Below are positions 45,210 through 64,000 of a stretch of DNA of 64,000 bases, piece by piece. The notes beneath the pieces were generated by a model. That model was not told the origin of the DNA. It searched no databases and saw only the letters and a program-made list of their open reading frames with translations. Source of the DNA: Macrostomum lignano (lineage: Eukaryota); the NCBI GenBank assembly GCA_002269645.1, contig NIVC01000013.1, positions 930,001 through 994,000 of the forward strand. The letters run 5' to 3'. The stretch's first letter is position 1; every line of letters starts with the position of its first letter. Made by a program: the position numbers and the translations under genes.

Positions 45210-45790
45210 ACTCAGAAATCGCTAATCCTGAAGTGAGCCTACTCAGAAATCGCTAATCCTGAAGTGAGCCTACTCAGAAATCGCTAATCCTGAAGTAAAA
45301 CTACCCAGAAATCGCTAATCCTGAAGTAAGCCTACTCCGAAATCGCTAATCCTGAAGTAAAACTACCCAGAAATCGCTAATCCTGAAGTAAGCCTACTCC
45401 GAAATCGCTAATCCTGAAGTAAAACTACCCAGAAATCGCTAATCCTGAAGTGAGCCTACTCAGAAATCGCTAATCCTAAAGTGAGCCTACTCAGAAACCG
45501 CTAATCCTGAAGTGAGCCTACTCAGAAATCGCTAATCCTGAAGTGAGCCTACTCAGAAATTGCTAATCCTGAAGTGAGCCTACTCAGAAATCGCTAATCC
45601 TGAAGTGAGCCTACTTAGAAATCGCTAATCCTGAAGTGAGCCTACTCAGAAATCGCTAATCCTGAAGTGAGCCTACTCAGAAATCGCTAATCCTGAAGTG
45701 AGCCTACTCAGAAACCGCTAATCCTGAAGTGAGCCTACTCAGAAATCGCTAATCCTGAAGTGAGCCTACTCAGAAATCGCTAATTCTGAA
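45210..45790. repeat. 31-bp minisatellite (actcagaaatcgctaatcctgaagtgagcct) between GET1 and ACMSD
   Basis: Direct inspection. Confidence 0.95.
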
Positions 45791-46077
45791 GTAGTCGACT
45801 ACGGAGTTGCTTTAAAAAAAGAAAAAAGTTTTTAATTAAAAAGGTAAATTAAAACATGAACCAATTCAATTAATAAATAAGCATCAAATAGTTTAATTAA
45901 CAACAAATACCTTCAAAAAACAAAGTTTGCTGCGAAGTATCATTACTAAAACAATTATAAACAACTACTACTACAGAAAACATGAGACATAAACACTAAA
46001 TTATTCAGAATCAATATTTTAATAGTAATAAATGAAACATGACTAAAACATGAGGAAAACTCAGACTACCAATCAAT

Positions 46078-46794
46078 CTAGTCTTCATGATCATCCATCA
46101 TCAGAGTCTGATCCTCCTCAGCAGCCACAGCGGCTTTCGCTTCGGCAATGAAGCCTTCAAAACCGACTTCAGCGGCGCCTTTGCCAGCACCGGCGCCAGC
46201 TAAGCCTTCGTAGGCGGCCGCTTGGACTTTAGTCAGACCAGACGCTAGGCTAACAGAGCCCAGGCATAGCAGGATTAGCGAAGACGATGTCAAGCAATCA
46301 GCTGATTGTCTGTCATCGCTGCCGATAGTCAACAGCCAATGAAACGGGGCGAACCATTCGACTAATAATGGAAGCTTCATCACTGCTACACCTCGACACC
46401 TGTACAGAAATGACACAGCGGCGGCATTAGATACGGCCCTAGCAACCAGATTAGCTCCGGCTTTTACTAACGCGGCGCTACTAACGCGCGCCTCTCTCAG
46501 AGGCGCCAATTCGGCGCGCAATCGATTGGCACGTCGATCTAAACGTGAAATGGCAACAAAATTCGATTCGGTATTGGATAGGGAGCGGCGCTCCTGGCGA
46601 TTCGAACGAAGCTCGGTTAACAGGTTGGCTTCGACTGGCTGAGGGCTGCCGGCGCCGCTGAGAGCGGAAGCCAGGCGCCAGCAGGCCAGCGACAGCAGGC
46701 GCGGGAGAAGCCACCAAAGGCTGGCGAAGGTTATTAGTAGCACCACGGGAGCGGCTGCGCTCGGATTCGAAATTGAATCGGTGTCTGTTGCCAT
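46078..46794 (-). CDS. GET1: GET1/WRB-like tail-anchored protein insertase subunit; intronless, 238 aa from ATG 46794
   Basis: N-terminal TM, then coiled coil ELRSNRQERRSLSNTESNFVAISRLDRRANRL (cf. DEFARYARLERKINK), TM2, the loop AVMKLP..EWFAPFHWLL (cf. V.VVP.KW..PL..L) and TM3. Confidence 0.78.
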   Translation of the reverse strand: MATDTDSISNPSAAAPVVLLITFASLWWLLPRLLSLACWRLASALSGAGSPQPVEANLLTELRSNRQERRSLSNTESNFVAISRLDRRANRLRAELAPLREARVSSAALVKAGANLVARAVSNAAAVSFLYRCRGVAVMKLPLLVEWFAPFHWLLTIGSDDRQSADCLTSSSLILLCLGSVSLASGLTKVQAAAYEGLAGAGAGKGAAEVGFEGFIAEAKAAVAAEEDQTLMMDDHED

Positions 46795-46857
46795 GGAAAC
46801 TAATACGAGTAGCTGAAATTGTGGAAAATTATTTTTAATGAAGATCTTATGTACCAA

Positions 46858-47295
46858 AGGGGATTTAGCTTTAGTTGCTAAGGGGGTTTAGCTTTAGTTG
46901 CTAAGAGCTTTAGTTGCTAAGGGGATTCAGCTTTGGTTGCTAAGGGAGTTTGGTTTTAGTTGCTAAGGAGATTTAACCTTTAGTTGCTAAGGGGATTTAG
47001 CTTTAGTTGCTAAGGGGCTTTAGCTTTAGTTGCTAAGGGGATTTAGCTTTAGTTGCTAAGGGGCTTTAGCTTTAGTTGCTAAGGGGATTTTGCTTTGGTT
47101 GCTAAGGGGATTTAGCTTTTAGTTGCTAAGGGGATTTAGCTTTAGTTGCTAAGGGGCTTTAGCTTTAGTTGCTAAGGGGATTTCGCTTTAGTTGCTAAGG
47201 GGCTTTAGTTTTAGTTGCTAAGGGGGTTTAACCTTTAGTTGCTAAGGGGATTTAACCTTTAGTTGCTGATGGGATTCAGCTCGTTTGCTAAGGGC
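46858..47295. repeat. About 23-bp minisatellite (aaggggatttagctttagttgct) upstream of GET1
   Basis: Direct inspection. Confidence 0.92.
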
Positions 47296-47701
47296 CTCAC
47301 AATTTCTAAAACAGGAATATGTATACATTAGTTTTAAATGCAATAACAAAAATACTTACTCAATTTAAAAATAGTTATCAGTAAATTTTTGTCAAAAATA
47401 TTTTTATGCAGTCATAATTATACAATACATGTGGCATGCTGTTTAAACGTTATTTGATGAAGTACAAAAAAGTACATGCAAAACAACTACAAAACAGACA
47501 AACAATTATAAAAACATTCATAACATCAGCACCAAACAGAATGATCACAGATACGAACGAAAACTCGTTTCGGAAAAATGGAAAACAAAAATTTAAGCCA
47601 CTTTGGCATGATAGCGCTCTCGAGTACATGACTCATAGGTAAGATAAGGCCGGCTATAAATAACTGTCAATCAATTAAGCAAACGCCTGTTGCTCTGCTA
47701 C

Positions 47702-56237
<8,536 letters not shown>

Positions 56238-56324
56238 GACGGCCGCTGGAATTAAAGCAGGGAAAGAATATTGCAGGATAAAAATACTTCTGCCTGTGGG
56301 GTAAGTTCGGGTGAGAGTCTAATC

Positions 56325-56900
56325 AGAGACTGGGGGGAGAAGGGAGTCTGAAGGGAGAGAATCTTAGAGGAAAGTCTGATAACGATTCTTAGGGGAGAGT
56401 TTGAGGAGAGAGCCTGAGGGGAGAGTCTGAGGAGAGTCTGAGGTGAGAGCCTGAGGGGAGAGTGAGGCGAGAGTCTGAGGGGAGAGCCTAAGGAGAGAGC
56501 CTGAGGGGAGAGCCTGAGGGGAGAGCCTGAAGGGAGAGTCTGGGGTGAGAGCCTGAGGTGAGAGCCTGAGGAGAGAGCCTGAGGTGAGAGCCTGAGGCGA
56601 GAGCATGAGGCGAGAGCCTGAGGGGAGAGCCTGAGGGGAGAGTCTGGGGTGAGAGCCTGAGGGGAGAGTGAGGGGAGAGTCTGAGGGGAGAGCCTGAGGA
56701 GAGAGCCTGAGGGGAGAGCCTGGGGGGAGAGTCTGAGGGGAGAGTCTGAAGGGAGAGCCTGGGAGGAGTCTGAGAGGAGAGCCTGAGAGCCTGGGGGGAG
56801 TCTGAGAGGAGAGCCTAAGAGCCTGGGGGGAGTCTGAGAGGAGAGCCTGAGAGCCTGGGGGGAGTCTGAGGAGAGAGACTGAGGGGAAAGTTTAAGGGAA
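56325..56900. repeat. About 14-bp GA-rich repeat (gagagcctgagggg)
   Basis: Direct inspection. Confidence 0.9.
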
Positions 56901-57719
56901 GATTGAGGGACTGACTGAGTGAGAGCTGAAAGGGAGAGTAAGGAGATTAAAGCATCATTGAGACTGATGGTGAGTCTGGGGGAAGTTAATGAGGAGAGAC
57001 TGAGAGTCTGATGGTCAACAATGACAAATTGAAGCAGTTATTCATTTTGCTTTGAACAAAATATGACTAGTGGCTAATAAGCTAGCTAATCTGCAAACAT
57101 TATTAACATTCAAAAGTGCAAAAAAGCATGCATGCTACTCATTATTGTAATAAAAATCAGTAGTACAGCGAAAGGATAATTTTTTGTACAATTGAGAATC
57201 GGCAAGACAGTTTAAAAAAAATCATTTCTAACCAAATCAACAAACGGAAGGATGATTATACAGAAAACAGGAAAAACGGTTTTACTATAGCAAATCAAAA
57301 TGGTTAGCTACGGTTTATGCTTGCTACTAATAGTAAAAAGTTTACCGTAGACAGTAAAAAATAATTATGATAATAGGGCTGAAATGGGAGAATAAGATTA
57401 TGACAATAAATCAAATATGCTACTGACAGGATAATAAAAAGCTCGGCGGGAAAAGTGAATGATTAAATAATTATAACTGGCTTTAAATTAAGTGAGTAAA
57501 CACAGATGAATTCGTGAAAATACAAGCTTAACGTTGTAATGGTTCGTTAGAAACAATTTAGAACATTTCTCTTAAAAAATAAAAAGCTAACATAAATTAA
57601 TACCTTAGAAACTAAGCTTAGCTATAATTTTATACAGTTTACACTGGAATTTTAGCTAGGCTTAGCTTCAAATACAGAGAGACAATGCATGGTAGTTTCA
57701 CTCACAAGAAGACAGCTTT

Positions 57720-58370
57720 GAGTCATAGAAGAAACATTTGAGTCATAAGAGACAAGATTCAGTAATAACGGACATTTGAGTTAGAAAAGAGAAGTTTGAG
57801 CTATAAGACACATTTCAGTCTTAGGAGACACATTTGGGTCATAAGAGACACATTTGAGTCATAAGAGACACATTTGAGTCACAAGAAACACATTTGAGTC
57901 ATAAGAGACACATTTGAGTCATAAGAGACACATTTGAGTCATAAGACAAGCATTTGAGTCATATGAGCGTAAGAACTACATTTGAGCTAAAAAGATGAAT
58001 TTGAGTCTTAAGAGATGGTTTTGAGTCAAAAGGAATAATTTTGGGTCATAAGAGACCGGTTTGAGTCATAATGAACGATTTTAGGTCATAAGAGATCGTT
58101 TTGAGTCATTAGGAACAAGTTTGGGTCATAAGACCGGTTTGAGTCATTAGGAACAAGTTTGAGTCATAAGAGACCGGTTTGAGTCATTAGGAACAAGTTT
58201 GAGTCATAAGAGACCGGTTTGAGTCATTGGGAACAATTTTGAGTCATAAGACACAGGTTTGAGTCATAAGGAACAAGCTTATCATAAAAGACCGGGTCGA
58301 GTCATAAGGAACAAGTTTGGGTCATATGAGACAGGTTTGAGTCATAAAAGAGACGTTTGAGCTATGAGAC
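57720..58370. repeat. Degenerate about 20-bp repeat (tttgagtcataagagacaca)
   Basis: Direct inspection. Confidence 0.85.
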
Positions 58371-58490
58371 ATGCACATATGATTAAATAGCTAGGAGACA
58401 ATAGTCAAGAGTTATTGATTTAAAAGACACTTCAAGGTCAGATTTGTAATTCAATATCACGCGTTGACAGTCATTAATTCTTGAACCAAA

Positions 58491-58898
58491 TCACTGATCA
58501 ACCGGTTCCGACCATTTGTGATGCGTCACCCCGGGCGCCAGGTGGATAATTCTGACGTGAACAGCCTGATATTTTTCATTCTTAGGCGGTATCGGAATCA
58601 TTCGAAACTCCACTTCGTCCCCAGGAACTGGTACGTACTCTTCGTCAATGTCAGAAATGTGAACAAAGATTGACTCGGCTTGGGTAGACTGGCTAGTATC
58701 TGTTAGCAGGATAAAGCCGTGACCCCGTTGTCTGCAGAAATAAGTCACTCTGCCATGCTGCACTGGCTGCTTGTGGGCTCGATCAGCCATTGAACGGGTT
58801 CGATGTCGCTTTAAAGGCACAGGATAAGGAACAGCGAATTCTCCATCGTGAGTCTGCGGTGCTGCCGCCGTTTCACTTTGACTATTGCCATTCGACAT
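58491..58898 (-). CDS. CARHSP1: Cold-shock-domain protein, CARHSP1/CSDC2 family; intronless, 135 aa from ATG 58898
   Basis: PYPVPLKRHRTRS, GRVTYFCRQRGHGFI, IFVHISDIDEEYVPVPGDEVEF and IPPKNEKYQAVHVRIIHLAPG match the family. Confidence 0.92.
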   Translation of the reverse strand: MSNGNSQSETAAAPQTHDGEFAVPYPVPLKRHRTRSMADRAHKQPVQHGRVTYFCRQRGHGFILLTDTSQSTQAESIFVHISDIDEEYVPVPGDEVEFRMIPIPPKNEKYQAVHVRIIHLAPGVTHHKWSEPVDQ

Positions 58899-59123
58899 TT
58901 GGAATTGTTGTTCATGCAAAACAATGAAAAAATGAAAAAATGAAAAAATGGGGAATAGCAATTGAGTCAATTAGGCAATTAACAGTTTGTTAGTATGTAC
59001 CACAGATACTGCAATGGCCAGATATGTCTGTCGTAAAAAGGTGTGAAAAAGTGCACTTAAATTTGATGTCGCAGCAAACAGTTTCTTTCCTTTTCAGGGT
59101 TACTCAATGTACACAAATAAGCA

Positions 59124-59745
59124 TCCAATCTAGCTCAGCCAATGAGAGAGCAGTAAGGAAGGAGGTCAAAGTCAGATGTACAAAACTCAGCTTAGAGGGC
59201 AGGCCCAATCTAGCTCAGCCAATGAGAGAGCAGTAAGGAGAGAGGTCAAAGTAAGATGTACAAAACTCAGCTTATGGGGGCAGGCCCAATCTAGCTCAGC
59301 CAATGAGAGAGCAGTAAAGAGAGAGGTCAAAGTAAGATGTACAAAACTCAGCTTATGGGGGCAGGCCCAATCTAGCTCAGCCAATGAGAGAGCAGTAAGG
59401 AGAGAGGTCAAAGTCAGATGTACAAAACTCAGCTTAGAGGGCAGGCCCAATCTAGCTCAGCCAATGAGAGAGCAGTAAAGAGAGAGGTCAAAGTAAGATG
59501 TACAAAACTCAGCTTATGGGGGCAGGCCCAATCTAGCTCAGCCAATGAGAGAGCAGTAAAGAGAGAGGTCAAAGTAAGATGTACAAAACTCAGCTTATGG
59601 GGGCAGGCCCACTCTAGCTCAGCCAATGAGAGAGCAGTAAGGAGAGAGGTCAAAGTAAGATGTACAAAACTCAGCTTATGGGGGCAGGCCCAATCTAGCT
59701 CAGCCAATGAGAGAGCAGTAAAGAGAGAAATCAAAGTCAGACATA
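59124..59745. repeat. 81-bp satellite carrying a CCAAT motif, about 7.7 copies
   Basis: cccaatctagctcagccaatgagagagcagtaaggagagaggtcaaagtaagatgtacaaaactcagcttatgggggcagg; related units at 29110-29340. Confidence 0.95.
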
Positions 59746-62700
59746 AGCATGCAAGAGAAAAGCAAAACTGTTTATCAGCCTGGTGGGGAAACCCCCTATC
59801 TCTTTCTCTCTATGCACATACATTGGATTTGGCTTTTTAAAGTTTTCCAGCAATCTTTGATCACAAATTCACCTATTTTTTACATAAAACAAGCCTGAGG
59901 CAGTCTGGAGCCAGTAAAACAGGAGGAATATACTAAACTAATGAACTAAAAACATTAAGTATTTTAGTAAAAGTATAATAGTAAAACTGCTGAAAAAAGA
60001 GTTTTTTACATTTACATTTTTACATGCATACTTTTACAAGTGAATTTCATAACTTCTAAATTCTAACACAGATTCTTGTACCTATGATACATAAAAAATA
60101 AATAATAGCATTCAAAAATAAAATGCAATTTATATATGAATATAGAATTGCAAATGTTTATAATAGTCTTCTAGATATACTATATATACATTCATTTTCT
60201 AATACTTAGGCCTAATCTATAGGTTTCTACAATAGTGTCATATTTTTAGCCCGAAAAATTAATTTACTTGTGATATTTATGCTAGACATTATCAGAACAA
60301 TGTTGCAACAATAAAGGACCCTTTTGAATTGCAACAATATAGGACCCTTTCTTGCATTACAACATTTTGGTCTTTTGAACACCAATAGCTACACTATACT
60401 ATTGCTCTATAGTGCAGTTTTCTGGCAGATTTTCTATATGCCTGATATGTTATACAAACCTATTGTATACCAGAATAGTCTGGCATATATTAAGATTTGG
60501 AAGTAGAGAGTAGGCATAATCATATGGATCTTTAATTATATTAAAAATTTCAATGTTATATACAATTTGTATGTATACATTTGTTGTAAGGCTAATTTTT
60601 CTAATTCTTAGGGGCCTACTCTATAAATATCTAATAGCTGCCACCAAAGTTGTAATAGTGCTGATTGCTCTTAAACTAATTTATTCTGCTGTTGACACCA
60701 AAGTAATAGTCCCTATAATTATTGTACTTTTACAAATATTTGTACTTCTGGAAGCATTATATATTTATCTACTAATAGTACATGTATTTTTAATCTACTG
60801 ATAGTGTATGTATATCAATACATGTACTATACTTCTAGCCTAAGTGGTCTTATGGCACTGTCTATCCTATCCCTATACTCTAAAAGTTTTTATTCTCTCA
60901 GTCCTAAGCATTCCCAGGATCAGAGGATCACAGCTTATTTGCTAGATATTTTGGCCTGAGGCAGGTTTCTCAGACTGAGTCTAGACTATTTTACCCTATA
61001 CTTGTAATAGGATTTTTGCCTTCTAAAGACAATTTCTCAAATTCTAAATCTGGATGTCTTGTTCTCTAAGAATAGATTGAATTTTTAATCTTGGGGCTAT
61101 TCTTAAATCACTATCTGCTATTTAAAATAAGTGACATGAGAGCAAATACAAGCCCTAAGGCTAATTGACTTTCTTCTCCAAATATAAATGGATAGATGCT
61201 TCACCAGCTGTGATTATAAGAACAGTTATTGTTTAATCAAACATAAAGACAATTTATTTGACTAGGCTCTCAGATGGCCCCAATTTATAATAAAATTTCC
61301 TTTGCTATTTCAGACAAAATGACAAATATAAAATATACAGAATATGCAAAATATTTACTAATATTTGTACAGTATATCAAAAACATATAATTTCAAAACA
61401 TGATATTTATAAGAAACAGTTTTACTAATAAAGGAAGCCTATTTCATATTTATAAAGGACTATAAGTACTAATAAATTACTATTTTTGCTATTGCCAACA
61501 GTTTTACTTGATATAAAATGCTTTTTAAAAATCTATCTAATACTTTGGCTATCTAGAAAGTTATGAGAATATATAAAAAACTTGTCAAAACTATCAGAAA
61601 ACATATTTAATATTGGTGCAAACCATAGGCAATTCATTTTTACCTAGTACTAATTGGTAATATAATTTTCCTTTGTATTGATTACAGCTTGGCAATGGTC
61701 AATAATGTCCCAAACCTCTTTTCAAGCAATATTTGCCAAGGATTTTTCCAATTGCAATATAACTTCTTAAATTTAAATGTGGTTGGTAAATACCTACTTA
61801 TAGAAACAGTTCTTTATCTAACTTCGGTGGGAAATTGAAAAAATCATAATTGGTTTCATGCTAGCTATAGTAGGCCCATAGCCATAGTCAGGATCATGGC
61901 ATGCTTGTGCCAAAATGAATCCTATCAAAAAGTTTGATTGCGCCATGAGAAGTTCAAGTAGGGAAGGTAGTCGGGGGCATCGTTCAGAATAAAATTGGCA
62001 CCTTTTTGTATAATTATAGATAGGTCATGAGAATACAATTTGAGACCAATAGGCAAGACTGTAAACACGAAATATTTATAGGACAAGGAGTACAAAAATT
62101 CACACTACACATTAAGTTTTCGCGCATTTTTTACAAGTATAAACCAGTTTTGACTAAATCCACATTCACCATCGACTCAGAAGTACGGACATTCAGAGCT
62201 CAGAGAAAAATCATTCGGAGAAATTTATAAATTTGAAATCGTATCTTTATGGTTTAAAATATTATAGGTGATAGGTCTATTGCAAAAGCTGTACGAACTG
62301 TCTGTTAACTTACTCAAAAACTTAGAACAACTATGTTAGCAATTTTATGAAATTCTGTTTAAAGACTACTTAGTATTTTGTTTTAATACTAGAAGAATTA
62401 ACAGATTTAGTTGTTATATATTTAAATCAAACTAGTAGAACTCTACTAAAAATCAACTACAAACTTTAATGTACTCTTCTAACGATCGAGGTATTCAAAA
62501 AGTTCGTAGCCTCATGCACTTTGGCTTGAGCTGCAGCTTTAGGACCGTAGGGAAGACATGCAATCCGCGGCCTTTGCCAGCTGCAGCTGTAATCATACAT
62601 GCATGTACATGTACATGTAGCAGCTCAGCGGCCACGCCAGGTTGTCTTTTTAATATCACCTTCTTACTAGCAGCAGTTTCTTTAGCTGTATCACTTTCTT

Positions 62701-62933
62701 CAATGTATACTGTATGATGCATGTATAGTAATAGCTCAAGATACATTTACATATATTTGTGTATAGAAATGACAAAGGACAAAATTTCCGCTAGCCCACA
62801 AACGCATGCAGGCTGCGGGTTCAGCATTCAGCTGCAATTCAAATCGAATCCGATGGGATGCAAATGTATGTCCCGTAGCGCAATCCGACGTCGGGTTTTA
62901 CATTAATTGGATTTGCTTTACTTATGAAGATAT

Positions 62934-62990
62934 CAAGGACTTCTAGACTAGCCTAGACTAGCCTAGACTAGGCTAGTCTAGAAGTCCTTG
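62934..62990. repeat. Hairpin/palindrome (caaggacttctagactagcctag ... ctaggctagtctagaagtccttg)
   Basis: 23-bp perfect inverted arms around an 11-bp spacer that is itself part of a ctagactagc repeat. Confidence 0.85.
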
Positions 62991-63647
62991 GAAGATATAT
63001 GAAGTATAGAGATCTGCCGCGTGGCTATAAATGCACTGCAGTAAAAAAGCATTGCGGACAAACCTCGGCGGGCAAATCTAGCCGGGCAAATCTCGGCGGA
63101 CAATTCGTCTGCGGGCAAATCTCGTGCTCCCATTGAAGCTACATACATGTACGTGATGAGGACGCACTTTTTCCAAACCTCATGCGATCGCACATTGGCT
63201 CCAAACTTACTAGCCTACTAACAACAGGCTATGGGCATTTTTTATTCTCTTTATGTAATTTTCCTAGAATTCATACTAGTTATATGATTTTGCCATACTT
63301 GTAGTTCTACGAGTAATAACATAGATGCGGCTTTTGGGTCATAAATCATTGCTTTCGAGCTGGCCTGACAGCCACCTGCGCCTCACTCAATACTGAGGCT
63401 GGCGCCAGATGGTCTGAGAGGATGAGGGCGGTAGCTTAGCGATTAGTGATTTCTCTTCATTATCTTCACTTTCTACTTAATAAGAGCTTTCTAATTTATA
63501 TTTTTTCATTAATCTTTCTCATTTCTACGCGAAAGGTCATCAATCATTATGTAGCGGTTTTGAGTGATTTATGACCGCATCTGTCGTATTTTTATGGCCC
63601 CGAGGAAACTGATAGGATCTTCTGGTCACGTGAGTTTGGGTGGCAAC

Positions 63648-63757
63648 AAGCTCAGCCAATCAGAAAATTCGACGTGCGTTATAACAAATCAGCTCAGCCA
63701 ATTAGCGTCGAAGTGTTCCATTATAACAAATTGCGGTCCAGTTGGCGGCTATTTAAA
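63648..63757 (+). promoter_or_regulatory. Candidate Pol II or LTR-type promoter: two CCAAT boxes plus TATTTAAA
   Basis: CCAAT at 63656-63660 and 63698-63702 within two imperfect about 42-bp repeats; TATTTAAA at 63750-63757, followed by GC-richer sequence to the window end. Confidence 0.35.
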
Positions 63758-64000
63758 CTGGTGCTTTGGCCCGCTCGGACCCTACCTCCTGCTCCGCCTC
63801 CTGGGACTTTGGCCTAACTTAGACCTCCCGGAGCTCGACCGTCGTCTCTTGATCCCCGGATCGCGACTCCCCCCATCATCATCAAGGACGAATCCCCCCG
63901 ATCGTCAGCAGCGAACATCAAGATTAAGAACATCACCTGCTAGCTATCTGCGAAGATTGTGACATCAGCATCATCCTGGGCCTACAGCTGCGAAGCACTA

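Noticed and set aside
63564-63962. 132-aa ORF at the window end
   Set aside because: Starts at a non-ATG codon, has no recognisable domain and overlaps promoter-like motifs.

Overview
Eukaryotic (metazoan) genomic DNA with GC-rich exons and introns or spacers filled by many different, mostly locus-private minisatellites. This architecture and the gene style are consistent with a free-living flatworm such as Macrostomum lignano (inference, not verified). Hand-spliced gene models with GT-AG junctions and matching phases: PIGT (-, 5 exons), a secreted PAN + ALK/LTK-type glycine-rich-domain protein (-, 3 exons), an SLC26 anion transporter with a divergent substrate site (+, 3 exons), and six co-oriented minus-strand conserved genes: CARHSP1-like, TRAF7-like (7 exons), GET1/WRB, ACMSD (3 exons), MMAB and a KIAA0930 homologue (5' end unresolved). 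The six genes are 0.9-2.3 kb apart and several have a splice acceptor just upstream of the ATG, suggesting SL trans-splicing and possibly a polycistronic cluster. Also present: a secreted LamG/pentraxin-like gene frameshifted by an 8-bp tandem duplication, a decayed RT+RNase H non-LTR retrotransposon with an internal 6x77-bp amplification, a piggyBac remnant, two MITE/foldback elements (one with a 9-bp TSD) and a tRNA-like element. Most long ORFs in the supplied track are artefacts of tandem repeats. No CRISPR array, rRNA or prokaryotic system is supported.
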